Source of the DNA: Laetmonice hystrix
Taxonomy: Eukaryota
Assembly: GCA_965235115.1 (NCBI GenBank)
Contig: OZ249452.1
Span: 9,114,001-9,178,000, forward strand
Direction of reading: 5' to 3'
DNA length: 64,000 nucleotides
In this document: positions 53,201 through 63,748 of the stretch, in pieces
Layout: every line of letters begins with the position of its first letter
Numbering within the stretch: position 1 is the first letter of the stretch
Translations under genes and position numbers: made by a program
Notes under the pieces: model-generated
Seen by the model: only the letters and a program-made list of their open reading frames with translations
Databases searched by the model: none
Told to the model about the DNA's origin: nothing

Positions 53201-56200
53201 CTCCTCATCTACTCCACGGTACGTGACCCTCTCCTCCACACCCACACCCACACAATACCCGCACCCACACAATACCCGCACCCACACAATACCCGCACCC
53301 ACACAATACCCACACCCACACAACACCCACACCCACACAACACCCACACAACACCGGCACCCACACAACACCCGCACCCACACAATACCCACACCCACAC
53401 AACACCGGCACCCACACAACACCGGCACCCACACAACACCCGCACCCCCACAACACCCACACCCACACAATACCCGCACCCACACAACACCCACACCCAC
53501 ACAACACCCACACAATACCCACACCCACACAATACCTGCACCCACACAATACCAACACCCACACAATACCCACACCCACACAACACCCACACAACACCCA
53601 CACCCACACAATACCCACTCCCACACCCACACCCACACAATACCCGCACCCACACAATACCCACACCCACAAGGATGGAAAGAGTTCCTTGAGATTGCAA
53701 TGACGACAGCACAACTTAGATCTATTTTTCTTGACTAAAAATATCACAAAAAAAAGACCCACCTACTCAACATAACTTCTACACCACATTCTTCATACAG
53801 ATCTTAAATTATAATAAATATCTGTTTAAAAATTAGCCAAATGTAGATATTCACGTTTCCACCTTTACTTCCAGGTGGTCATACTCTACTTCGAGCCAAC
53901 TACCATAACTTGTTTGCTGATGCCCTGGTTCAGGGAAATCGGCTTCGCTATAGTGTATGGTGCTCTCATACTTAAAGTATATAGGTGAGTTTAATTACGT
54001 ATTTATGTCATTATGTTCCAATATAAATGAGTTAAGTTACAGCACCACATTTGATCAAATTAAGTAGCACAAAATGAGAAAGGCTTTTGCAGGCCTAGGC
54101 CTAGGCCACTATTGCTAACCGTTATTATAATAATACATTTACCTGCAGGGTGTTAGCCGAGTTCCAGTCGCGGAAGGCGCACCGGGTCCACGTACGTGAC
54201 CGGGACCTGTTAAAATACCTGCTGGGTATTGTGCTGGTCGTGACCGGCTATATGTCAGCATGGACAGCGGTCAACATGGACCATGTACATGACGGTGACA
54301 CCATGATAGACACAGGCGAGGTTCACATCGACGGCCGTTTCTACAAGTATACCATCTGTAAGGCCTTCTGGTGGGACTACGTCATAGAAGTCGGTAAGTC
54401 AGCAAGTTAGGCAGTCAGAGGGGCCATGGTTTCAGCACCAATCTCCCGAACTCCCAGCTTACCAAACCTCTCAAACCTTCTAAACTCCCAACATCCAAAT
54501 ATTCAAACCTCCAAAACTACCAACTCTCTAGTCTTCCAAACTGCTAGCGTTCAAACTCTCTCACAGATTTCGTATCAGAAACGCCTCACCAGGATCTATA
54601 TAAAGGCTTGAGTAAATTAACTCATCAACCTTCCCCTGAAAAAAAATCCAATGCCTCATTTCTGCCCTTTAGGTTTATAAATAAATACATTTGTAATTTG
54701 TCTTCTTCTTTTTTTGTTTCAGGTGAATTTTTGTTTTTATGCTTCGGCATCTACCTGTGTTACTGTATTCGGGCGGCACCGTCCGATTACTCGGAGACTC
54801 GATACGTGTCCTGGGCCATCTACAATGAAACGGTCATATCAGCGTTACTTCATATCATTAGGTCAGTCCTGTCAATCAAACTGTTAGCGTTACTTCATTA
54901 TCATTAGGTCAGTCCTGTCAATCAAACGGTCATATCAGCGTTACTTCATATCATTAGGTCAGTCCTAGCAATCAAACGGTTAGCGTTACTTCATATCATT
55001 AGGTCAGTCCTAGCAATCAAACGGTCATATCAGCGTTACTTCATATCATTAGGTCAGTCCTAGCAATCAAACGGTTATAGCGTTACTTCATATCATTAGG
55101 TCAGTCCTAGCAATCAAACAGTTATAGCGTTACTTCATATCATTAGGTCAGTCCTAGCAATCAAACAGTTATAGCGTTACTTCATATCATTAGGTCAGTC
55201 CTAGCAATCAAACAGTTATAGCGTTACTTCATATCATTAGGTCAGTCCTAGCAATCAAACGGTTATAGCGTTACTTCATATCATTAGGTCAGTCCTAGCA
55301 ATCAAACAGTTATAGCGTTACTTCATATCATTAGGTCAGTCCTAGCAATCAAACAGTTATAGCGTTACTTCATATCATTAGGTCAGTCCTAGCAATCAAA
55401 CGGTTATAGCGTTACTTCATATCATTAGGTCAGTCCTAGCAATCAAACGGTTATAGCGTTACTTCATATCATTAGGTCAGTCCTAGCAATCAAACGGTTA
55501 TATCAGCGTTACTTCATATCATTAGGTCAGTCCTAGCAATCAAAATATATCAGGGTTACTTCATATCATTAGGTCAGTCCTAGCAATCAAAATATATCAG
55601 GGTTACTTCATATCATTAGGTCAGTCCTAGCAATCAAACGGTTATAGCGTTACTTCATATCATTAGGTCAGACCTAGCAATCAAACGGTCATATCAGCGT
55701 TACTTCATATCATTAGGTCAGTGTTTTGTGTTTGAGAGTATGTATTCTTAAAGTTTATAATACACCAAAATATCGAACTGATATATAGACCTACAATTTC
55801 CTGGATATTTTGAAAGGAGGATTCCTAAATCTCTGCCATAAGGTGGCGTGGTGAGTGTGTTGTCCAAACCCCGAACCCAGACTCTAAGTGCCTTGGACAT
55901 ATTGAGATGAATGACACAAACCTTGATTAAATATTTGACTATGTGATGTTTGTTATTGCAGGCACGTTATCTGGTTGTCCACACATCCAGATTATATCTT
56001 TCTGATGTATTTCCTGCGTTGTCAACTGACGGTCACCATTGCACTTCTTCTCGTCTTAGGACCCAAGGTAATTAATTAACTACCGTCATACCACAAGTCA
56101 TCTCGATTATAGGACAGTTTCTTTAGGAGGAGGGGGTTAACTGACCGAAAGAAAGGAAGTTGATTTTTCTGTTAGTCAGAGAATAAATTGACATTGAGAG

Positions 56201-58306
56201 GTCGTGTAAAGCTGTAGCCTACGACGGCCTAGAGCTGTTTATCTGTAGGCCTACATAAATACAATAAACAGATGTAGAACAGATGTAGAACAGATGTGCA
56301 TTTTTTTGTATTGTAATACCATATGTAAATAATGTAGGCCTACATTGCAAATATGCAGTAAAATTGAGATGAAAAGTCACAGTTCGATTTTTGGGGAAGG
56401 CTGGGCGACAATATGTGTAATGACTTGATTTTGAACCTCGCTCTGGTTCTGCATGGCTTCCAGTTATGGTACGCCCACCGGCCGCCAGGTGACGACACGT
56501 TCCGTAATCGGGCATACTCGACGTCGGACGTCCACGACACGATCCTTCCCGAGTCGATGAAACTACACGTCGGCGTCTCGTCCAATGGCGACGTGGACGT
56601 CGGCGAGATTAACCTGTCAGAGATGGATCCGGAAGATATCAGGGTGAGGGTCAGAGAGGGTCTGTATCAGGGTGAGGGTTTGTATCAGGGTGAGGGTTTG
56701 TATCAGGGTGAGGGTGTGTATCAGGGTGAGGGTCTGTATGAGGGTGAGGGCAGAGAGGGTCTGTATGAGGGTGAGGGTCTGTATGAGGGTGAGGGTCTGT
56801 ATGAGGGTGATGGTCTGTATGAGGGTGAGGGTCTGTATGAGGGTGAGGGTCTGTATGAGGGTGAGGGCAGAGAGGGTCTGTATGAGGGTGAGGGTCTGTA
56901 TGAGGGTGAGGGTCTGTATGAGGGTGATGGTCTGTATGAGGGTGAGGGTCTGTATGAGGGTGAGGGTCTGTATGAGGGTGAGGGTCTGTATGAGGGTGAG
57001 GGTCAGAGAGGGTCTGTATCAGGGTGAGGGTCAGAGAGGGTTTGTATCAGGGTGAGGGTCTGTATCAGGGTGAGGGTCAGAGAGGGTTTGTATCAGGGTG
57101 AGGGTCTGTATCAGGGTGAGGGTCAGAGAGGGTATGTATCAGGGTGAGGGTCTGTATCAGGGTGAGGGCCTGTATCAGGGTGAGGGTCAGAGAGGGTCTG
57201 TATCAGGGTGAGGGTCTGTATCAGGGTGAGGGTCTGTATCAGGGTGAGGGTCAGAGAGGGTTTGTATTAGGGTGAGGGTCTGTATCAGGGTGAGGGTCAG
57301 AGAGGGTCTGTATCAGGGTGAGGGTCAGAGAGGGTTTGTATCAGGGTGAGGGTCAGAGAGGGTTTGTATCAGGGTGAGGGTCTGTATGAGGGTGAGGGTC
57401 TGTATGAGGGTGAGGGTCTGTATGAGGGTGAGGGTCTGTATCAGGTGAGGGTCTGTATCAGGGTGAGGGCAGAGAGGGTCTGTATCAGGGTGAGGGCAGA
57501 GAGGGTCTGTATCAGGGCGAGGGTCTGTATCAGGGTGAGGGTCTGTATCAGGGTGAGGGTCTGTGTCAGGGTGAGGGTCTGTATCAGGGTGAGGGCAGAG
57601 AGGGCCTGTATCAGGGTGAGGGCAGAGAGGGTCTGTATCAGGGTGAGGGTCTGTATCAGGGTGAGGGCAGAGAGGGCCTGTTTTTTTCATAATTTGTAAA
57701 ATGGACCCAACTTAATTCAGACTCAAATCATGTCCATTCAGCTAGCGAATACATCTAGCCAATCAGAAGGCTGGAGACATACAGTATTCTGAGTCGTAGG
57801 ACTGAGCTTATTTCATGAGGTTCCTCTTACTGAGGCCATCGTAAATAATATCGATAACGGAGTAGTATCGCATTAATTTCTGCCCACATTAGCTGTTTTC
57901 TGTTATAGCAACAAGTAACCATTGGTAACCAGGAGGTTATCCGCATTCTGTTTCCTTTTTCCCCCACCAGGCGGAGCTGAAGCGTCTGTACACACAGCTA
58001 CAGATCTGCAAGACGAAAACCATGCGCAAGGACAACCCGCACATTACCAAGCGGCGCGGCGGCCGCAAACCGACACGTCGTCGGTTCTCCCTGCAAGCAT
58101 TCCACTACAAACACCGTCATCACCACGACCACGATCACGACCACGAGCTGTCCAAGACGCCGGAGGAATCCACCAATTCAGCCGAGGGCGTCGCCATCCA
58201 AATGGAAGCGTCCTCTTGCGGCGGTGGCGGCGGCGGCGGCAGCGGCGGAGGCGAAGATAGAACACCGACTGTAACGTTCAAACCGGGACACAAGTCGTTT
58301 AGCTGA
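26217..58306 (+). CDS. GPR158: GPR158/GPR179-family class C GPCR, 910 aa; exons 26217-27316, 50229-50334, 50685-51026, 53150-53218, 53875-53984, 54149-54393, 54723-54861, 55962-56067, 56464-56643, 57971-58306
   Basis: All ten junctions GT-AG and phase-consistent (2733 nt). Signal peptide; Cache-like domain (WTAPYYDC..W.VTYSVPFFG); EGF-like/Cys-rich stalk (DINQC..THRC..GSYRCVCEQGYY..CLPCREGC); 7TM with PWFREIGFAIVYGALILKVYR; C-terminal DPEDIRAELKRLYTQL..DNPHITKRR. Orthology to GPR158 versus GPR179 not resolvable. Confidence 0.93.
28818..28988. other. Assembly gap (171 N)
   Basis: Run of N. Confidence 1.
29072..29294. mobile_element. CACTA/EnSpm-like MITE
   Basis: CACTGTAAAAAA...TTTTTTACAGTG TIR with 2-bp CA duplication (29070-29071, 29295-29296). 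Confidence 0.8.
31009..31147. mobile_element. Short hAT-like MITE
   Basis: Perfect 14-bp TIR CAGGGCCGTGCCCA / TGGGCACGGCCCTG; flanking ACCAG direct repeat. Confidence 0.6.
32610..33300. repeat. Minisatellite, ~40-45 bp x ~16
   Basis: TTACATTTTGGCCTGGGAATACATTATAGATACATA(CGCT/AGCC) variants in tandem. Confidence 0.95.
33436..33660. mobile_element. Tc1/mariner-type MITE
   Basis: TA TSD on both sides; 26-bp TIR CAGTATGTCC(C/T)CAAAAA(T/A)GATAGTCT with 2 mismatches. Confidence 0.85.
35804..36244 (-). CDS. Candidate nested antisense ORF, 146 aa, resembling a secreted precursor
   Basis: From the Met at 36244: basic N-terminus, hydrophobic FTIINNVLLLLLLPAAA, KR/RR sites, 4 Cys near the C-terminus, terminal LLGRK*. 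No homology recognised. Confidence 0.3.
   Translation of the reverse strand: MKETMLKPRLLWRYLRFTIINNVLLLLLLPAAAPDNTAQSLGLEPRLPLSAALRERSQAKRIPSTGELLSARRLSVKLGEVRFVTLEDVDVYRPNSPDKIEEKSEGILTGSVRLLHEYCDEWCSLLIVCVCDFHFRPRASRLLGRK
39692..39880. mobile_element. hAT-like MITE (GGCGGATCCAG family)
   Basis: CAGAGGCGGATCCAG...TCCGCCACTG termini with G/C-runs. Confidence 0.55.
44612..44836. mobile_element. PIF/Harbinger-like MITE
   Basis: AGGGCTGTTTCCACTA...TAGTGGAAACAGTCCT TIR plus subterminal CTTGCGA/TCGCAAG inversion; TSD imperfect. Confidence 0.55.
48100..48526 (+). promoter_or_regulatory. GC-rich promoter-like island and candidate first exon inside GPCR intron 1
   Basis: CACTTCCGG (ETS) near 48398, AAATGGCTGC (YY1-like) at 48423, strong donor AAG|GTGAGT at 48526/48527. 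Confidence 0.4.
49560..49640. promoter_or_regulatory. CRE plus NRF1 motif cluster
   Basis: TGACGTCA at 49577-49584, CGACGTCA at 49586-49593, CGCATGCGCA at 49623-49632. Confidence 0.4.
50421..50590. repeat. Tandem repeat, 49-54 bp x ~3.4, in GPCR intron 2
   Basis: GTAGTTTCAGCCCAAA at 50421, 50475, 50524 and 50573. Confidence 0.9.
52787..53133. repeat. ~23-bp minisatellite abutting the exon-4 acceptor
   Basis: GGATGTTTGATGTGTTTTTGAGA tandem variants. Confidence 0.95.
53233..53670. repeat. ~17-bp C/A-rich minisatellite just after the exon-4 donor
   Basis: CACACAATACCCGCACC variants; source of ORFs 52958-53762. Confidence 0.95.
54832..55722 (+). repeat. ~47-bp minisatellite x ~19 containing the exon-7 3' end and donor in every unit
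   Basis: GCGTTACTTCATATCATTAG|GTCAGTCCTAGCAATCAAAC(G/A)GTTATA; the first unit is the real exon end. Confidence 0.97.
56636..57676 (+). repeat. 18-bp-based minisatellite (~1 kb) containing the exon-9 donor motif
   Basis: TATCAGG|GTGAGGGTCTG and variants (18, 27 and 28 bp); the first unit overlaps the exon end GATATCAGG|GTGAGG. Confidence 0.97.
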
Positions 58307-59399
58307 CTGTCGACGGCGACGCGGCCGACAACCGCCTCCGCCAAAGACAATCAGCAGGGGGTCAGTGTCAGTGTGTGAGAGGGAGGCAGCGTCCTTCAAA
58401 AACAGCAGCAGAAGCCCGCGGTTGTGGTAATCACATGGAAACTGAGGAGCTCCCGTCTGTTTCGGCTCCTCGCCGAAACGAAAGGATGCGGCACCAGAAA
58501 CTTTTGTTGTTGTTAGCGATTGGTGGAAAACAGTCAAAATTGGTTGGCTTTGGAAGCCATTGGATTGGTTGTTACCGGCACGCTTGCTGGGAGGAACTTA
58601 GAACGGTCCTATGGATTGGTTAGTCGATTGAATTGCTGACTTGCAAACGAAAGATTGACTAGTCAATGAACAGGGTTTATCATAGGGTCGTTTTGAGGAA
58701 GAATCCGCAGTTCTGAAATCACATACGACCGCACAAAAATAATGCAAGACTAATTTTTGAAATAATACTCTGGTCTCGAGTCGGTGCCTACGAGACTGGC
58801 TAGAACAAGCGGAAGATGAAACTGCACCGGATGTAGATTATGTTTTAGTGGTGGACGCGTCCCGAGAGAGGGCGCTATGGTCAGTGATGGCGCAGGTCCT
58901 GAACTGACGTTTCCTGCTTGATTTATTGTTTATTGTTTACGGGACCAGACTGACTCGTGGCTGTTTCCAGGGGCTGGGTGAAGGATCTCTGGAGATATCT
59001 GTAAGGATATTTACGCAAGTAGAACACAACAGGAGATTATAAAAAAAGAAGGGAGGAACCGGAAGCCCCCCCCCCCCTATCGGCGAGGAGGAATGCTGGC
59101 AGGACACAGTGATGTGTCACGTGATGCAAACCAAGGGATACGTGCCCTCGCCAGCGACATCTGGTGGAGAACATAATAATGAAATTGCACGTGTATAATG
59201 GGCCAACGAGTGATTGTATTGTTATACTGCCAAACCTTGAGAGATTGAGAAGGAACAAATGTATGGATTCGAGCCCCCCTCCCTATAATTGTGCCTCAGT
59301 AGGCACTACTTTGCAGCAGTTTCTATGATTAACAGAGTCAACCGAGCGACGAACGTACTCCGTGACATTTGAAGGGGACACTGAGTCCCATTGTGGCGC

Positions 59400-59850
59400 C
59401 ATCTACCGGGCAGTCATTCCGGAAACTCGGCCTATTATTCATGCGAGAACGCATGCGCATTTACAAAACCGTACCGCCTCTACTTAGAACACTGGAAGCG
59501 ACTTTCCAACATCCGCATGTTGTTGAGAGAATGGCTGGGTGAAACAGACGATATCTGATTGATTGTTTTTTAAGCGTTCATTGGTGGCAAGTTTAAAGAA
59601 CACTTTTATGGACAAACTATGTAAGTATGTCAAAGAGACATACACAATACACGGGTCTTATATTGGCTGATCTCGCTACCATAACAAGGACCTGAGTGCA
59701 GTCGTGAAACTACGCGACTGCACGCTCTGAGAATTGTGTACACGTACTCCGCTCTTTGTACAAACTCAACTGCGCGTGCGCAAGGCCAGCCTCGTTTATA
59801 ATTTTTCTGGCTTGCCCATGCGCATGTTTTTACAGCTTTGTCACAGACGA
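59400..59850. promoter_or_regulatory. Promoter-like island downstream of the GPCR
   Basis: CTCF-like motif near 59395, ETS near 59417, NRF1-like GCATGCGC near 59452 and further TGCGC motifs; + strand donor TAT|GTAAGT at 59621. Confidence 0.3.
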
Positions 59851-60116
59851 AAAATTGTCATGTAAAACTGGTTGATATAAATACTAAGTGCGAGCGTGGG
59901 GGCATATTTTCAAGTTGTCTATTTCAGCCCCCCGCATGCTAAACATAAGTACTAAGCACCCGACGTTAACCAGTAAAATTTCTGTTCGTGGCCTACCGAA
60001 GTCACAATCTTAGCGTGGTCAAATAGAATATTGAGAGAAATGATGTGTGATGATGACATCATTTTTTATGTAACCAAACACCATATGAAACGGGAGCATT
60101 AGACTGTCCTGGGTGT

Positions 60117-61257
60117 GAGGTGTCCTGTGTCCCACTTTCTGAACACCCAGTATGTAAAGGTGTCCCATATCCCACTCCATGGACACAGATGAGGTGTCCT
60201 GTGTCCCACATCCTGGACGCCCAGTATGTAAGGTGTCCCATATCCCACCTGACACACAGTGGATGAGGTGTCCTGTGTCCCACATCCTGAACACCCAGTA
60301 TGTAAGGTGGCCCATATCCCATCCCATGGACACACAGTGGATGAGGTGTCCTGTGTCCCACATCCTGAACACCCAGTATGTAAGGTGTCCCATATCCCAT
60401 CCCATGGACACATATCAGGTGTCCTGTGTCCCACATCCTGAACACCCAGTATGTAAGGTGTCCCATATCCCACCTGACACACAGTGGATGAGGTGTCCTG
60501 TGTCCCACATCCTGAACACCCAGTATGTAAGGTGTCCCATATCCCACCCGACACACAGTCGATGAGGTGTCCTGTGTCCCACATCCTGGACGCCCAGTAT
60601 GTAAGGTGTCCCATATCCCACCTGACACACAGTGGATGAGGTGTCCTGTGTCCCACATCCTGAACACCCAGTATGTAAGGTGGCCCATATCCCATCCCAT
60701 GGACACACAGTGGATGAGGTGTCCTGTGTCCCACATCCTGAACACCCAGTATGTAAGGTGTCCCATATCCCATCCCATGGACACATATCAGGTGTCCTGT
60801 GTCCCACATCCTGAACACCCAGTATGTAAGGTGTCCCATATCCCACCTGACACACAGTGGATGAGGTGTCCTGTGTCCCACATCCTGAACACCCAGTATG
60901 TAAGGTGTCCCATATCCCACCTGACACACAGTGGATGAGGTGTCCTGTGTCCCACATCCTGAACACCCAGTATGTAAGGTGTCCCATATCCCATCCCATG
61001 GACACACAGTGGATGAGGTGTCCCGTGTCCCACATCCTGAACACCCAGTATGTAAGGTGTCCCATATCCCATCCCATGGACACACAGTGGATGAGGTGTC
61101 CTGTGTCCCACATCCTGAACACCCAGTATGTAAGGTGTCCCATATCCCACCTGACACACAGTGGATGAGGTGTCCTGTGTCCCACATCCTGAACACCCAG
61201 TATGTAAGGTGTCCCATCTCCCATCCCATGGACACACAGTGGATGAGGTGTCCTGTA
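60117..61257. repeat. Minisatellite, ~72-79-bp monomers x ~15, with a 373-bp higher-order period
   Basis: GTGTCCTGTGTCCCACATCCTGAACACCCAGTATGTAAGGTGTCCCATATCCCA core; identical translated blocks at 60259 and 60632. Confidence 0.97.
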
Positions 61258-61301
61258 TTCCATCCCCCGGTGACATGTGAACCACCTTTACCCCCCCCCC
61301 C

Positions 61302-61302
<1 letters not shown>

Positions 61303-61346
<44 letters not shown>
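61303..61346. repeat. (CT)n microsatellite
   Basis: Direct inspection. Confidence 0.95.
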
Positions 61347-61349
<3 letters not shown>

Positions 61350-61559
61350 CTCTCAAAACACTGTCTGTTCTGTTCGATTAAGGCTTTCTTGTATTTGATG
61401 CTGTGGACACGAACACTTTCTGCAAAGCGTAGGCCGGATCAGCCTAGTTGTTGCAAACATTCCTTTCGTCCCGTTTCATCCCCCACCCATCTCTACCCCT
61501 CGACCTGACCCCACACCCAGGGCTACAAGTCAAACTCTCCCCGCTGCGCCCTAGTGCTT

Positions 61560-61870
61560 CCAAATCAAGCTACAGTGAAGCTATAGATTTGACCGCCTCA
61601 TGACCATTGGGCCTTGTAACCAGCCCTTTCCCTTAAGTTCCCCACTCGGATTTGTGCCATGCAGGCTGTGTGTCCGAACACCCTTACGGGCCTCCGCTTG
61701 CGTTGGGCACGGTTTCCGAATGGAGAGAGACTTGACTTTAGCATGTTGTGACTACAGGCTCAACACTTTGTATAGTATTGTTATTGCATTCAATCATTGT
61801 GACAATCTCATTGTAATACCTCCCGTAAAATAAAATTAAAAAAAAAAAATAATAAAAAAAATAAAATAAA
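61560..61870 (+). mobile_element. Possible 3' end of a LINE/SINE with poly(A) tail
   Basis: AATAAA followed by a long A-rich tail at 61827-61870; no RT motif seen. Confidence 0.3.
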
Positions 61871-63679
61871 ATGTACATGTATTTAATACAGAGAGAGTTA
61901 TGTGTATTTTTCCCCTAACAAAATGAAATTGTGGGGCTGCAGAAGTCCAGGGCAGAAGGGGGTCATAAGGTAATCATCTTTAGTAGCAATCGAATCTTAA
62001 AGTGCAACTGACATCACAGAGGTAACTTTACTGATCTAGATAGATCACTTTGAGTTGTAGCCGTATCCCTGATAGGTTCTCTGAGAAGTCCTCTCAATTT
62101 AGAAAAATATTGAAAATCTCGCGCCTTATCACAGTCTCACTCCTGCCTATTCTTTACCATTGCCCTTGATGACGTCAGCAGGGGAATTGGTCTTTAAAAC
62201 CGCTTACATACAGTTCATATTCTTGTGCAATAACCGCCCCTTTAAGTTAAACAACAACAAATTACATGTATCATCAGGATCTGGCACTAAGTTTCATGTA
62301 AATTTTGATGTCTGTTTGACTTTAAATGTTGTGGTTGCATAGGGAGGCGCAAGAGGCCGGTCATAGCCTCGAAGTTCACCTCACAGCAGGGCTGAGTTGG
62401 GGGGGGGGGGGGTACATTGACTGTCTTCTCCTTTGCGCCGCAAGAAGCAAAAACCCTCCAGTATATGCATATTCATGACATTAAGGGTCACCGTTGTGAC
62501 TGCCAATGGGTGAGCTGGGTACTGGAGACTACCCACGTGTAGGGGGCAGCACATGGTTTGACCACAGGCAGCCAGCTGCCGGCCACTGTCACTGAACCTG
62601 TACACACTGGTTTGAATGACGGGCCGTTTCCCTCACCCATTGGCCGGTATAGGGTTACGTCAGCACTGGGCCAACCCCCACGTACCGGACCCCCGCCCTG
62701 GGCTCAAGTTAACGCGGACAGACTGGAGTCCAGCATCACATCATGTGCATATAATAATGTTACTTTTAAGTAGACCTACTGTCTAAATGACATAAACACC
62801 CAAGAGGTTAATAGTCATACTACAGTATTCTGAGCATGTGAGGATAATTTGCAAACTTGACAAACAGTCTGGGAAGCCTGGAGGCCAAAGTGAACTACGA
62901 ACACCTCCCGGGTGAGAAAGATGCATGCTGGGACACCAACAGGAAGTGGAAGCCATGGCAGACTAGCCTGGTCCCCTGCCTACTAAACGTATCCGCTATG
63001 TTAGGCCAGGTGCTGGCTGGCAGAAAACCGCGAAACGGCCGGAATTGATCAAACTCCAAGCACTTCCGCTTCCGTTCCGATGGGCAGCGTTAACGGAGGG
63101 ACCGACCTCTGTTTGGAGATTGGTCAACATGCCCATGCGTATGCAGACCGTGGCAGGTGTGGAGACCGATGACGCTATGTTTACATCCAGAAAAGCGAGG
63201 ACATTAAAACTTGTATTTTAAAGAGATTGACGAAAGTATCTGTATCTTGTTGGAGAAATACGGAGGGTATACGGAACTACATCGTTTGCGGTCATGTTTT
63301 CGATGGACCAATCACAATGCTCTCTTCGATTAGCCTTCACCACGCTCAATATACGTAGTCAATATAGACCTGAGGACCAGGCTAATGGCAGACGACCTAT
63401 TAAGTTGATTCCCGGCTCCCTCGCTTGGTGGCTCTGTGGTCGTTCCGAGTGGAGCCGGGACTGCGTACTGAGAGGTTGGCTGTCATTGGTCACACTCCCG
63501 TCTTTGATAGCGCACATCTTATTGGCTTATCTAAAAATAGTTTGAGGATGAGTCTCGATCTGTGATGGCTCACATGATTACTTCTACCAAACTTAGAACT
63601 TCTTCCACATGCCACGCAGTGGTCGAATTTCAAAGGAGTACGTCGCCGGCCCCGTTTTCAGCAGAACTTTTGTACAAGG

Positions 63680-63748
63680 ATGGCGGCCGTTACCGACTCC
63701 TACTCGACCACAGAGCCACCAAGCGAGAGAGCCGGGAACCAGCTAAAG
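63680..63748 (+). CDS. Possible first coding exon of a downstream gene (MAAVTDSYSTTEPPSERAGNQLK)
   Basis: AAGGATGGCGGCC start context typical of housekeeping genes; phase-0 donor AAG|GTACAA; remainder would lie outside the window. Confidence 0.25.

Noticed and set aside
52958-53762. Cys/Val-rich and His/Pro/Thr-rich ORFs resembling metallothionein or extensin
   Set aside because: Translations of a 17-bp intronic minisatellite; only 53150-53218 is a real exon.
59262-59282. tRNA T-loop-like GGATTCGAGCCC
   Set aside because: No cloverleaf or A-box; too short to support a tRNA or SINE.
60019-61398. Long ORFs up to 378 aa in several frames
   Set aside because: Overlapping frames on both strands across a tandem array; no supporting exon context.
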